Assembly (NCBI GenBank): GCA_034421955.1
Contig: DAOUJZ010000075.1
Coordinates: 7,683-71,682, forward strand
Length of the DNA: 64,000 nucleotides
DNA from: Dehalococcoidia bacterium
GTDB taxonomy: Bacteria; Chloroflexota; Dehalococcoidia; Lucifugimonadales; CATOSD01
Direction: 5' to 3'
Positions 9,133 to 18,357 of the stretch are shown here, piece by piece; the stretch's first letter is position 1; the number at the start of each line of letters is the position of its first letter. The notes beneath the pieces were generated by a model, which saw nothing but the letters and a program-made list of their open reading frames with translations, was not told the DNA's origin and searched no databases. The position numbers and the translations under genes are program-made.

Positions 9133-9520
9133 CCGGGGACGCGATTGCTCTTGGTTGAGAATGCGTAAGGGCAGCGGGTAGACTCGCTGTGTTAGTGTTC
9201 ATTGACGAAAGTGGACATCCGCACCCTAACGATCCAGCGGTACGAGCAGAAGACCATCGATCAGACAAGCCACGATGGTTATCAGAGGCCTGGGATCTAC
9301 CGATTGTAATCGCTAAAGGGGGTCCCTGATCTTTGGGAGGCAAATCAAAAGAGCCAGTCACAACTCCCGCAGGGAGCTACGCCCGGCTCTCACAAGTTAA
9401 ACGTTACATCGTTGCGAGCGCGTTGTCAATTGTAAACCTCAGTTGGGCAGCGGACTGCGGCCTACATATTAAGCTCATCGGCGCTGAGCGCCCGCGGCGC
9501 ACCAGACTAGGAGTGCATCA

Positions 9521-10645
9521 GTGGACCTAGGACTTACAGAAGCCCAGCAGATGCTGCGCAACAGCGCCCGCGAGTTCCTCGAAGCCGAGTGCACCGAGGG
9601 ATTCGTGCGCGCGATGGAGGAGGACGAGCGCGGCTACACACCCGAGAGCTGGCAGAAGATAGCCGAAAACGGCTGGCTTGGACTCATCTTCCCCGAGGAG
9701 TACGGAGGCGCAGGGCTGGAGTTCCTGGACCTGTGCATCCTGCTGGAGGAGATTGGCGGCGCTATGCTCCCGGGTCCGTTCTTCTCCACCGTCGTGCTGG
9801 GCGGCATGGCCATCCTCGACGCCGGCAGCGACGAGCAGAAGCGCCAGTACCTGCCGGGCATCGCGGAGGGCCAGGTGATAGCGACCCTGGCGCTTACGGA
9901 GCCCGACGTCCGCTGGGACGCCGCCGGCATCCGCGCGACCGCCGAGCCGGACGGCGACGGCTTCGTGATCAACGGAACCAAGCTGTTCGTCCCGAACGCC
10001 CACGTGTCCGACTACCTGGTAGTGGCGGCCCGGACGGGGGAGGCCGACGAGGACGTGTCGCTCTTCATCCTGTCCTCCAACACGCCCGGCGTATCGCAAA
10101 CTCTGCTCAAGACTATAGCGTCCGACCGACAGTCCGAGGTGACGTTCAGTGGTGTCCACGTACCCCGTTCAGCTCTGCTGGGCGAGCTGAACGGCGGCTG
10201 GCCAACTATCGCCAGGGTTATCCAGTGGGGGGCCGTGGGCAAGTGCGCCGAGATGGTGGGCAACGGTCAGAAGGTGCTCGACATGACGGTGGAGTTCGTG
10301 AAGCAGCGAATCCAGTTCGGGCGGCCCATAGGCAGCTTCCAGGCGATTCAGCACCACTGCGCCAACATGGCCACCGACGTCGAGGGGTCGCGCTACGTGA
10401 CCAGTCAGGCCGCGTGGCGGCTTTCGGAGGGACTGCCCGCCGAAAGCGAGGTCGCCATGGCCAAGGCGTGGGTCAGCGACGCCGTGCGCCGGGTGTGCGC
10501 CACCGGCCACCAGTGCCACGGCGCGATAGGCTTTACCAAAGAGCATAGCATGCAGCTCTACTCGCGCCGCGCGAAGGCCGCCGAGCTCGCGTTCGGCGAC
10601 TCCAGGGAACACCTGGAGCGCGTGGCCGAGGCGATAGGGCTGTAG
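9521..10645 (+). CDS. acyl-CoA dehydrogenase family protein
   Basis: 374 aa with ACAD N/M/C layout: MDLGLTEAQQMLRNSAREF, and QIQFGRPIGSFQAIQHHCANM at the C-terminus. Confidence 0.9.
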   Translation: MDLGLTEAQQMLRNSAREFLEAECTEGFVRAMEEDERGYTPESWQKIAENGWLGLIFPEEYGGAGLEFLDLCILLEEIGGAMLPGPFFSTVVLGGMAILDAGSDEQKRQYLPGIAEGQVIATLALTEPDVRWDAAGIRATAEPDGDGFVINGTKLFVPNAHVSDYLVVAARTGEADEDVSLFILSSNTPGVSQTLLKTIASDRQSEVTFSGVHVPRSALLGELNGGWPTIARVIQWGAVGKCAEMVGNGQKVLDMTVEFVKQRIQFGRPIGSFQAIQHHCANMATDVEGSRYVTSQAAWRLSEGLPAESEVAMAKAWVSDAVRRVCATGHQCHGAIGFTKEHSMQLYSRRAKAAELAFGDSREHLERVAEAIGL

Positions 10646-10670
10646 GGCCTAAGCCGCGTCCGGCGAGACC

Positions 10671-11813
10671 GTGAGACGCGAGACACTCGCGGCCCGGGCC
10701 GCCCACCACGTGGACCCGGCGACGGGTGCGGTTACGGTTCCCGTCCACCTGTCAACGACGTTCGAGCGCGCGCCCGACGGCGACTATCCGCTCGGATACA
10801 CGTACGCCCGCTCCGGCAATCCCAACCGCGCGCTGCTGGAAGACCGCCTGGCCGCGCTGGAGGGAGGCGCGGGAGCCGCCTGCTTCGCGTCCGGCATGGC
10901 CGCCGCGGGAGCCGTGTTCCACACGCTGGCCGCGGGCGACCACGTGATCGCGCCCTCCGACTGCTATCACGGCACCGCCGCGCTGCTCCGCGACGTGTTC
11001 GCGCGGTGGGGCCTGGAGGCGTCGTTCGTGGACCTGACCGACGAGTCCCAGGTGCTCGCCGCGCTGCGGTCCAACACCAGGCTCGTGTGGGTGGAGACGC
11101 CGTCCAACCCGCTGCTCAAGATAACCGACGTGGAGCGCACAGCCGCCATCGCGCACGAGGCGGGCGCCCTTTGCGTGTGCGACAACACCTGGGCGACGCC
11201 CATGCTTCAGCGGCCCATCGAGGCGGGCGCCGACGCGGTGGTGCACTCGACGACCAAGTACGTCGGCGGCCACGGCGACCTGACCGGCGGCGCGGTTGTG
11301 TGCCGGGACGACGGCGAGCTGCTCGAAAGCGTCAGGCGAACGCAGAGCGCCTACGGCGCCGTGCCGTCGGCCTTCGACTGCTGGCTGGCGCTGCGCGGAA
11401 TGCGGACGCTGCACCTGCGCATGAGGGCGCACTCGGACAACGCCGCCCGGGTGGCGGAGTTCCTGAGCACGCATCCGCGCGTGGAGGCGGTCCACTACCC
11501 GGGTCTTCCGGGCCACCCCGGGCGCGAGACCGCGGCCCGGCAGATGGACGGGTTCGGTGGCATGGTGTCCTTCCAGGTGGTGGGCCAGGTCGCGGGCCAG
11601 GTCGTGGGAGGCCGCGAAGCGGCCATGCGCGTGGCCGCCGGGGTGAGGCTGTTCACGCGCGCGACGAGCCTGGGCGGCACCGAGAGCCTGATAGAGCACC
11701 GCGCATCCATCGAAGGCCCGAATACTCGAACGCCGCAGAACCTGCTGCGAATGTCTATTGGCCTGGAACACCCCGACGACCTGATAGAGGACCTGGCCCA
11801 GGCCCTGGGTTAG
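10671..11813 (+). CDS. PLP-dependent Cys/Met metabolism enzyme (cystathionine gamma-synthase/beta-lyase family)
   Basis: [13 protein letters not shown] (PLP lysine), SLGGTESL, 380 aa. Confidence 0.9.
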   Translation: MRRETLAARAAHHVDPATGAVTVPVHLSTTFERAPDGDYPLGYTYARSGNPNRALLEDRLAALEGGAGAACFASGMAAAGAVFHTLAAGDHVIAPSDCYHGTAALLRDVFARWGLEASFVDLTDESQVLAALRSNTRLVWVETPSNPLLKITDVERTAAIAHEAGALCVCDNTWATPMLQRPIEAGADAVVHSTTKYVGGHGDLTGGAVVCRDDGELLESVRRTQSAYGAVPSAFDCWLALRGMRTLHLRMRAHSDNAARVAEFLSTHPRVEAVHYPGLPGHPGRETAARQMDGFGGMVSFQVVGQVAGQVVGGREAAMRVAAGVRLFTRATSLGGTESLIEHRASIEGPNTRTPQNLLRMSIGLEHPDDLIEDLAQALG

Positions 11814-11822
11814 CAGCCGCCA

Positions 11823-13112
11823 TTGATCGGTGATAGCAACGACGGGGGCGCGTCCGGAGCCGGCTGGAGGAACGCGCTGTGGCTCACCGGCATAAGCTCC
11901 GCCCTCTTCCTGGCTCTGCTGCCGTTCTCCAGCTACGTGTCGTCCGCGCCGCTCATTCGTAACGAGTGGCAACTGTCCAACGCCGAAGCCGCGCTGGTCT
12001 TCTCCGCCTACCTCATCGGCTACGCCGTATCGTCCGTCGTTCTCATCCCGCTGGCCGACAGGCTCTCGCCCCGGCGCGTGCTGCTCGCGAGCGTGGCGTT
12101 GATGGCGGTGAGCAACCTGTTGTTTCCGCTGCTCGCGACGGACGTGTGGACCGGCTCGGCCCTCCGGTTCATATCGGGTATGGGACACGTTGGAGCATAC
12201 GTGCCGGGCATTCAGCTCGTGTCGTTGCGGTTCGCGCACGGCCGGCGCGGCGCGGCTGTGGGCGTGTTCGTTGCTATGGGCTACGCCGGCACGACCGTAT
12301 CCTACGTGTTCATGGGCCAACTGCTGAACGCCGTGTCGACGTGGCAAGCGGCGTACCTCACAACTTCGTTCGTCGCCCTGGCCGGCCTCGTGCCCGCGTT
12401 GCTGCTCATGCTGGGCCGCGACGCGGAGCGGCCCGACCCGGCGCCCGGTCAGCAGACCGCCCCCGCCGGCTGGCACCTGGACCTGAGCGTGCTGCGCAAC
12501 CGGTCGGCGGTTCTGGCGATTGCGGGGTACACGCTGCACACAGCGGAGCTGTACCTGGCGCGGCTGTGGCTGCCGCTGCTGCTCGGGGCGATGTTCCTGC
12601 ACGGCGGCGCGGGGGACCAGGACGCGGCGGCGCAGGCGTCCACGTGGGCGGGGTTGATGTTCATGATGGGCATCGGCGGCGTGCTCATCGGCGGGTTCGT
12701 GTCCGACTACACGGGCCGAACGGCGGGCGCGATGCTCATATTCGCCGTGAGCGGCGCGTGCTCGTTCATCGTCGGCTGGCTCATCGGCGCGCCGCCCGCG
12801 CTGATGCTCGCGCTCGGCTTCGTCTACGGGCTGTCCACGGCGGCCGACTCGGCCATCTACTCCACGGCGGTGACTGAGCTGTCGCCGCGGGGCAGGATAG
12901 GGTCGACGCAGGCGGTGCAGGCGTTCATCGCGTTCACCGTCGGCGCGGCTGCGCCTATCGCCGCGGGCACGGTGCTCGACGTGGTGCAGGGCGCCGCCGG
13001 CTGGGGCCTGGCGTTCAGCCTGAACGGCGCGCTCGCGGTGGTCGGCGTGTCGGCGATGTTCGCGCTGCGCCGGATGCCGGAGTCGGTGCGCATGGCGCAG
13101 GGCAGGCGGTGA
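11823..13112 (+). CDS. MFS transporter
   Basis: 429 aa with about 12 hydrophobic segments and an ADRLSPRR loop motif. TTG start. Confidence 0.8.
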   Translation: MIGDSNDGGASGAGWRNALWLTGISSALFLALLPFSSYVSSAPLIRNEWQLSNAEAALVFSAYLIGYAVSSVVLIPLADRLSPRRVLLASVALMAVSNLLFPLLATDVWTGSALRFISGMGHVGAYVPGIQLVSLRFAHGRRGAAVGVFVAMGYAGTTVSYVFMGQLLNAVSTWQAAYLTTSFVALAGLVPALLLMLGRDAERPDPAPGQQTAPAGWHLDLSVLRNRSAVLAIAGYTLHTAELYLARLWLPLLLGAMFLHGGAGDQDAAAQASTWAGLMFMMGIGGVLIGGFVSDYTGRTAGAMLIFAVSGACSFIVGWLIGAPPALMLALGFVYGLSTAADSAIYSTAVTELSPRGRIGSTQAVQAFIAFTVGAAAPIAAGTVLDVVQGAAGWGLAFSLNGALAVVGVSAMFALRRMPESVRMAQGRR

Positions 13113-13236
13113 TCGGTGTTTGACGCTCCGCGGCCTGTCGTGTAAGGTTTGCCCAGTCCGCCCGACACGCATGTAGCGGGTTCGGGAACCTTCCTCAAGG
13201 CTTGCCAAGCAACTATCAGCGGACGGGGAACGGCCA

Positions 13237-13851
13237 ATGACCACCACCACTTACGACGACCTGGTTCGCAGGGTCAACGCCTGCACAAAGTGCACCCTGG
13301 CAGAAAAGCGCAACCGCGCTGTGCCCGGCGAGGGCTCGCTCGACGCCGACGTTATGTTCGTGGGCGAGGCGCCGGGATTCTACGAGGACCAGGAGGGGCG
13401 CCCGTTCGTGGGGCGCGCGGGCAACTTGCTGAACGAGCTGCTGAACTCCATCGGGCTGCGGCGCGAGGACGTGTACATCACCAACATGCTCAAGTGCCGC
13501 CCTCCGAACAACCGCGACCCGCTTCCGGGCGAGATTGCCGCCTGCCAGCCCTATCTCGACGAGCAGCTCGAGACCATCTCGCCAAAGGTGGTCGTCGCCC
13601 TGGGCAGGTACTCTTTTGCCAAGTTCTTCCCCAATGAGGCCATCGGCAAGGCGCGCGGCAAGGCGCGCCGCTGGAACAATCTGCTGGTGTATCCGATGTA
13701 CCACCCGGCGGCGGCGCTCAGAAACGGCAGGCTGCGCAGCGCGCTGGAGGAGGACTTCCGCGCTCTGCCCGGACTGATCGAGGACGCAGGGTCTCTGCCC
13801 GAGGAACAGACGGAGGATGAACCCAAGCAGCAGCTGAGCTTGTTCGAATAG
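13237..13851 (+). CDS. uracil-DNA glycosylase, family 4
   Basis: CTKCTLAE...GEAPGFYEDQEGRPFVGRAGNLL...HPAAALR motifs. Confidence 0.9.
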   Translation: MTTTTYDDLVRRVNACTKCTLAEKRNRAVPGEGSLDADVMFVGEAPGFYEDQEGRPFVGRAGNLLNELLNSIGLRREDVYITNMLKCRPPNNRDPLPGEIAACQPYLDEQLETISPKVVVALGRYSFAKFFPNEAIGKARGKARRWNNLLVYPMYHPAAALRNGRLRSALEEDFRALPGLIEDAGSLPEEQTEDEPKQQLSLFE

Positions 13852-13857
13852 CGCCGG

Positions 13858-15516
13858 ATGCCCGAATCCCCCCTCAAGGTCATACCCCTGGGCGGCCTCG
13901 GCGAGATAGGCCATAACATGCTGGCCCTGGAGTACGAAGACGACATCGTGGTCGTCGACGCGGGCATACTCTTTCCCGGTGAAGACACGCCGGGCATCGA
14001 CTTCGCCATACCGGACATTTCGTACCTTCGCGAGAACCGGGACCGCGTACGGGCCATTCTCATCACCCACGGCCACGAGGACCACATAGGCGCGCTGCCG
14101 TTCGTGCTCGCGGACATCGACGCGCCCGTCTACTCCTCCCGGCTCGCCCACGGGCTGATTTCGGTCAAGCTGCGCGAGCGGGGCATGATTCGGGACGCGC
14201 GGCTCAACGTGGTTGAGCCACACTCCCGGTTCAGGGTGGGCTGCTTTCAGATCGAGTTCTTCCGCGTCTGCCACTCCATCCCCGACGCCATGGGGATTGC
14301 CATAGAGACTCCACTGGGGGTCGTTATTCACACCGGCGACTTCAAGATCGACCACACGCCGATAGACTCCCAGCCGATGGACTTCATCGCTCTGTCGCGG
14401 CTCGCGGGCGATGGGGCGTTGCTGCTGCTCTCCGATTCCACCTATGCGGACGTGGCGGGCTATACCGAGTCCGAGCAGGTGGTGGGGCAGGCGCTCGACC
14501 GGTTGATAGGGGAGGCGCCGGGGCGCGTAATGGTCGCCACGTTCGCGTCGCTCATCTCGCGCGTGCAGCAGGTTATCGACTCCGCCGTAAAGTACGACCG
14601 CAAGGTGGCCGTGGTGGGCCGCAGCATGGCGAACAACGTGAAGATGGCGCTGAAGATGGGCTACCTGGAGGCGCCCGAGGGTGTGCTGGTGTCGACGCGG
14701 GACGCGGGCCGGCTGCCGCACGAGCGCGTGGTGATCGTGGCCACGGGCAGCCAGGGCGAGCCGACTTCGGCGCTGGTGCGAATCGCCAACGGCGAGCATC
14801 GCGACGTGGAAGTAGTGGAGGGCGACACCGTGATCATCTCCGCGTCGCCCATTCCGGGCAACGAGACCCTAGTCGCCAAGACCATAGACAGACTGTTCAT
14901 GCGCGGCGCCCGCGTGTACTACAGCCGGATCGAAAACGTGCACGTGCACGGCCACGCGAGCCAGGAGGAGCTGAAGATGATGCTCGGCCTCGTCAGGCCG
15001 CGCTACTTCGTTCCCGTCCACGGTGAATACAGGCACCTGGTAGCCCACGCGGCCATAGCGCGCTCCATGGGCGTGCCGGCGTCCAACACGTTCGTGCTCA
15101 CCGACGGCGACGTACTGGAGATCGACTCCTATGGCGCGGATGTGGTGGGCAGCGTGCCTGCGGGGAGCGTTTACGTGGACGGGCGCACGCTGTGGGACAT
15201 GTACAGCGAGACTTTGGACGAAAGACGCAGGCTCGCGCGCAACGGGGTGGTGGCGGTGCTCCTGTGCGTCGACGACGTCACCGGAGAGGCGCTCGCCGAG
15301 CCGGCGATAGTGTCCTCTGGATTCGCCGATTTGGACGAATCCCAGCACCTGTTCGGAAAATCGGCCAAAATTGCCCTGCAAAGCCTAGAAACGGAAACGC
15401 GCCTCGCCATAGATTGGGATAGGGTGGAGGCCAGGGTCGCGGGCGTAGTTTCCAACTTCCTGTACGAGCAGACGCGCAGGCGTCCAACCGTGCTCGTAGC
15501 CATCGAGCGCCTCTGA
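13858..15516 (+). CDS. rnj: ribonuclease J
   Basis: Metallo-beta-lactamase/beta-CASP protein with HGHEDHIGALP, 552 aa. Confidence 0.95.
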   Translation: MPESPLKVIPLGGLGEIGHNMLALEYEDDIVVVDAGILFPGEDTPGIDFAIPDISYLRENRDRVRAILITHGHEDHIGALPFVLADIDAPVYSSRLAHGLISVKLRERGMIRDARLNVVEPHSRFRVGCFQIEFFRVCHSIPDAMGIAIETPLGVVIHTGDFKIDHTPIDSQPMDFIALSRLAGDGALLLLSDSTYADVAGYTESEQVVGQALDRLIGEAPGRVMVATFASLISRVQQVIDSAVKYDRKVAVVGRSMANNVKMALKMGYLEAPEGVLVSTRDAGRLPHERVVIVATGSQGEPTSALVRIANGEHRDVEVVEGDTVIISASPIPGNETLVAKTIDRLFMRGARVYYSRIENVHVHGHASQEELKMMLGLVRPRYFVPVHGEYRHLVAHAAIARSMGVPASNTFVLTDGDVLEIDSYGADVVGSVPAGSVYVDGRTLWDMYSETLDERRRLARNGVVAVLLCVDDVTGEALAEPAIVSSGFADLDESQHLFGKSAKIALQSLETETRLAIDWDRVEARVAGVVSNFLYEQTRRRPTVLVAIERL

Positions 15517-15616
15517 GGGTCGCCCGGGGCAGCATCGCCATCGACCTCCTCCGCGAAATCCCGGGACGCGGCCTCCCTATCGCCGCCGCCCGGAGTCTTA
15601 CGCAGGAACAGGCGCC

Positions 15617-18310
15617 ATGCAAGAAACAGTCGAAAACGCCCCCGCCCGTGGCGGCGGGACAACCACGTCCTTTCCCATCGTTCCGGTCGCGGTAGCCGGA
15701 GCGGTGGCGCTCTCCGTAATCGCCGGAGTCGTCTACTGGTTCCGCGCTCCCATCCTCGACGCGATCACCTCCGCCAGGGACGCCATCGTGTCGACGCTTG
15801 GCCTGGGTGTCGTGCCCATAGTGGCCTGGCTGGCGGTGTTTGCTTTCGCGCTCGGCTGGCGGCGCGAGTGGTTCCGGAGTTACAGGCTGTGGCTCGGATC
15901 GGTCGCCTTCCTCGCCGCCGCGCTCGGGGCGATGGCGTTCTTCTCTCCCTCGGGCGGATCGCTCGCGGCGTTCACCCTGGAGGGGGAGGTGCCGCTGGGA
16001 GGACGCGTGGGACAGGCCATAGTCGGCACCACCGCGTGGCTTGGCGCGCTGCGTCTGCTCGCCGTGATAGCGGTCGGTGTGGCCGTTGTGGCGCCGCCCG
16101 TCGCGGTTGCCGCCGCGTTCGGGTTGGGTAGAGCGGCGCTGTTCTGCTGGGTGGCCGTGGCATTCGCGGCCAGCACCATGGCCGCCAAGTTGCGGGAGCG
16201 TCGGCAGCGGAAGGACGAGCAGTCATCCGAAACTTCGCAAGGCGACGAGCAGGACGCCCAGTTCGCGTACTCGTCGCCTCCGGGCTACGGCGCCGACACC
16301 GTGCGCCCAGGCGAGCGAGGCGCGAGATCCCGGGCAGCGGGCGGCTACTACTCCAGGATGGGATCGTACCGGTACGATGGCCTCACCGCGGTCGTTCGCC
16401 CTGAGGAGGCTGCGCCGTCAGACTCCCTCAGCGATGGCCCCGTGTCTGAAGCCGTCGCAGATGCGGCGCCACCAGTGGTGGACGAAGACAGTCCCGCGTC
16501 GAGCGTAGACGAGTACGCGCGCGAGTACGAACCGGCCGGCTACGGGTACGGGAACGAGTACCTGAACGCCGCAGATTGGGCCGCCAACGGCTATGGCGTC
16601 GACGAGCCCGCCCCCGTGTCCAACGGCAACGGGAAGAGCGCGCCCGTGCCCGCGTCCGCCGGTGTGGTCGAGCCTTACGCCGAGCCGCCGCAGCGCCCCG
16701 TTTCTCCTGGCAGGACAAAGTTCAACAGCCTGTGGAACTCCGCCGTTGGCGCCGTTGGCCGCGGCGGCAACGGTGACCGGTCCGGGGCCTCCCAGCCTTC
16801 ACGCGGCGCAGGTCGGTGGAAGCTGCCCAAGAGGGACTTCTTGCGCGAGGCGCCCGAGGCCGGCGTGACCGAGGAGGAGATGCAGGCCACCGGAGACGTG
16901 ATTCGGAGCACGCTGGCGGAGTATGGAATCGAGGTCGAGATGGGGCAGGCCATGCCGGGGCCGCGCGTGACGATGTACGGCCTGGTGCCCGGCTGGATCC
17001 GGCGCTACAAGATGGTCCGTGAGACGGACGAGTCGGGCCGGCCCAAGGTGGACGAGTCCGGCAAGGCGGTGATGAAGCGCCAGGAGAACAAGACTCGCGT
17101 AAAGGTGGACAGCGTACTGTCGCGTGAGAAGGACCTGGCGCTCGCGCTGAAGACGCCCAGCATACGCATCGAGACGCCGGTTATGGGCGAGTCGATGATC
17201 GGGATCGAGATTCCCAATCCCAATCCGGGCGTCGTGTCGCTTCGTTCGGTGGTCGAGAGCGGCGAGTTCCGCCGCCTGAGCAAGAAGGGCCACCTGCCCG
17301 TGGCGCTCGGCAGGGGTTCCGGCGGCGAGACAAAAGTGGTCGACCTCGCCACGATGCCCCATCTGCTCGTCGCGGGAGCGACCGGCAGCGGCAAGAGCGC
17401 GTGCCTGAACGGCATGATTTCGTCGCTCATAATGGAGAGGTCCCCCGCCGAGCTGAGGCTGATGCTCATAGACCCCAAGCGTGTGGAGCTGACTCCCTAT
17501 AACGGCATTCCCCACCTTCTCACACCGGTGGTTGTGGAGACGGACGAGGTGGTCGGCCTGCTGAAGGGCATGGTCAACGAGATGCTCGACCGCTACCGCA
17601 GGATGGAGGAGGTGGGCGTTCGCAACATCGAGTCGTACAACAAGCGCACGCCCGACAAGATGCCGATGCTGGTGGTGGTGATAGACGAGCTCGCCGACCT
17701 GATGATGTCGGCGGCATTCGATGTCGAGCAGACGCTCTGCCGGCTGGCGCAGCTCGGCAGGGCCACCGGAATTCACCTGGTCGTCGCCACACAGAGGCCG
17801 TCGGTGGACGTGGTGACAGGGCTGATCAAGGCCAACTTCCCGAGCCGAATCAGCTTCAGCGTCACGTCGCAGGTGGACTCGCGTACCATCATCGACACCA
17901 CGGGCGCGGACAAGCTGCTGGGTAGAGGCGATATGCTCTACCTGCCGCTGGACGCATCGCGCCCGGAGCGCGTGCAGGGCGTGTTCATCTCCGATTCCGA
18001 GGTCGAGCACCTGGTGGAGTTTTGGACGTCGACACCCTGGGGCCCGCTGGACGACATAGCGCTTCAGTCGGTCGCCACCGAAGATGAGAGCGAGCAGGCG
18101 GGGGCACAGTCCGACGGCACCGACGAGTTGCTGGACAAGGCCATCAGCCTGGCGATGAGCCACAACAAGATATCGACCTCGCTGATGCAGCGGCGCCTGC
18201 GCATAGGGTACCCCCGCGCCGCACGCCTGATGGACGAACTCGAGGACAGGGGCATCGTGGGCCCCAGTGACGGGTCGAGATCGCGTGATGTTATAATAGG
18301 AAGTGTCTAA
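15617..18310 (+). CDS. ftsK: DNA translocase FtsK
   Basis: N-terminal TM helices, a long low-complexity linker, AGATGSGKS Walker A, VVVIDELADL Walker B and a C-terminal gamma wHTH (YPRAARLMDELE). Confidence 0.95.
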   Translation: MQETVENAPARGGGTTTSFPIVPVAVAGAVALSVIAGVVYWFRAPILDAITSARDAIVSTLGLGVVPIVAWLAVFAFALGWRREWFRSYRLWLGSVAFLAAALGAMAFFSPSGGSLAAFTLEGEVPLGGRVGQAIVGTTAWLGALRLLAVIAVGVAVVAPPVAVAAAFGLGRAALFCWVAVAFAASTMAAKLRERRQRKDEQSSETSQGDEQDAQFAYSSPPGYGADTVRPGERGARSRAAGGYYSRMGSYRYDGLTAVVRPEEAAPSDSLSDGPVSEAVADAAPPVVDEDSPASSVDEYAREYEPAGYGYGNEYLNAADWAANGYGVDEPAPVSNGNGKSAPVPASAGVVEPYAEPPQRPVSPGRTKFNSLWNSAVGAVGRGGNGDRSGASQPSRGAGRWKLPKRDFLREAPEAGVTEEEMQATGDVIRSTLAEYGIEVEMGQAMPGPRVTMYGLVPGWIRRYKMVRETDESGRPKVDESGKAVMKRQENKTRVKVDSVLSREKDLALALKTPSIRIETPVMGESMIGIEIPNPNPGVVSLRSVVESGEFRRLSKKGHLPVALGRGSGGETKVVDLATMPHLLVAGATGSGKSACLNGMISSLIMERSPAELRLMLIDPKRVELTPYNGIPHLLTPVVVETDEVVGLLKGMVNEMLDRYRRMEEVGVRNIESYNKRTPDKMPMLVVVIDELADLMMSAAFDVEQTLCRLAQLGRATGIHLVVATQRPSVDVVTGLIKANFPSRISFSVTSQVDSRTIIDTTGADKLLGRGDMLYLPLDASRPERVQGVFISDSEVEHLVEFWTSTPWGPLDDIALQSVATEDESEQAGAQSDGTDELLDKAISLAMSHNKISTSLMQRRLRIGYPRAARLMDELEDRGIVGPSDGSRSRDVIIGSV

Positions 18311-18357
18311 AAGCCGTCGCCGTCGGCTGTCGAGCCTCCGCCGGACGCGGCTACACT

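Noticed and set aside
10752-13250. 832-aa minus-strand ORF spanning the cystathionine synthase-like and MFS genes
   Set aside because: It lies antisense to two well-supported plus-strand genes, and its translation is Arg/His/Pro/Gly-rich with no motif. It is a typical long shadow ORF of GC-rich DNA.
13216-14799. 527-aa minus-strand ORF
   Set aside because: It is antisense to the UDG and RNase J genes, which carry unambiguous catalytic motifs.
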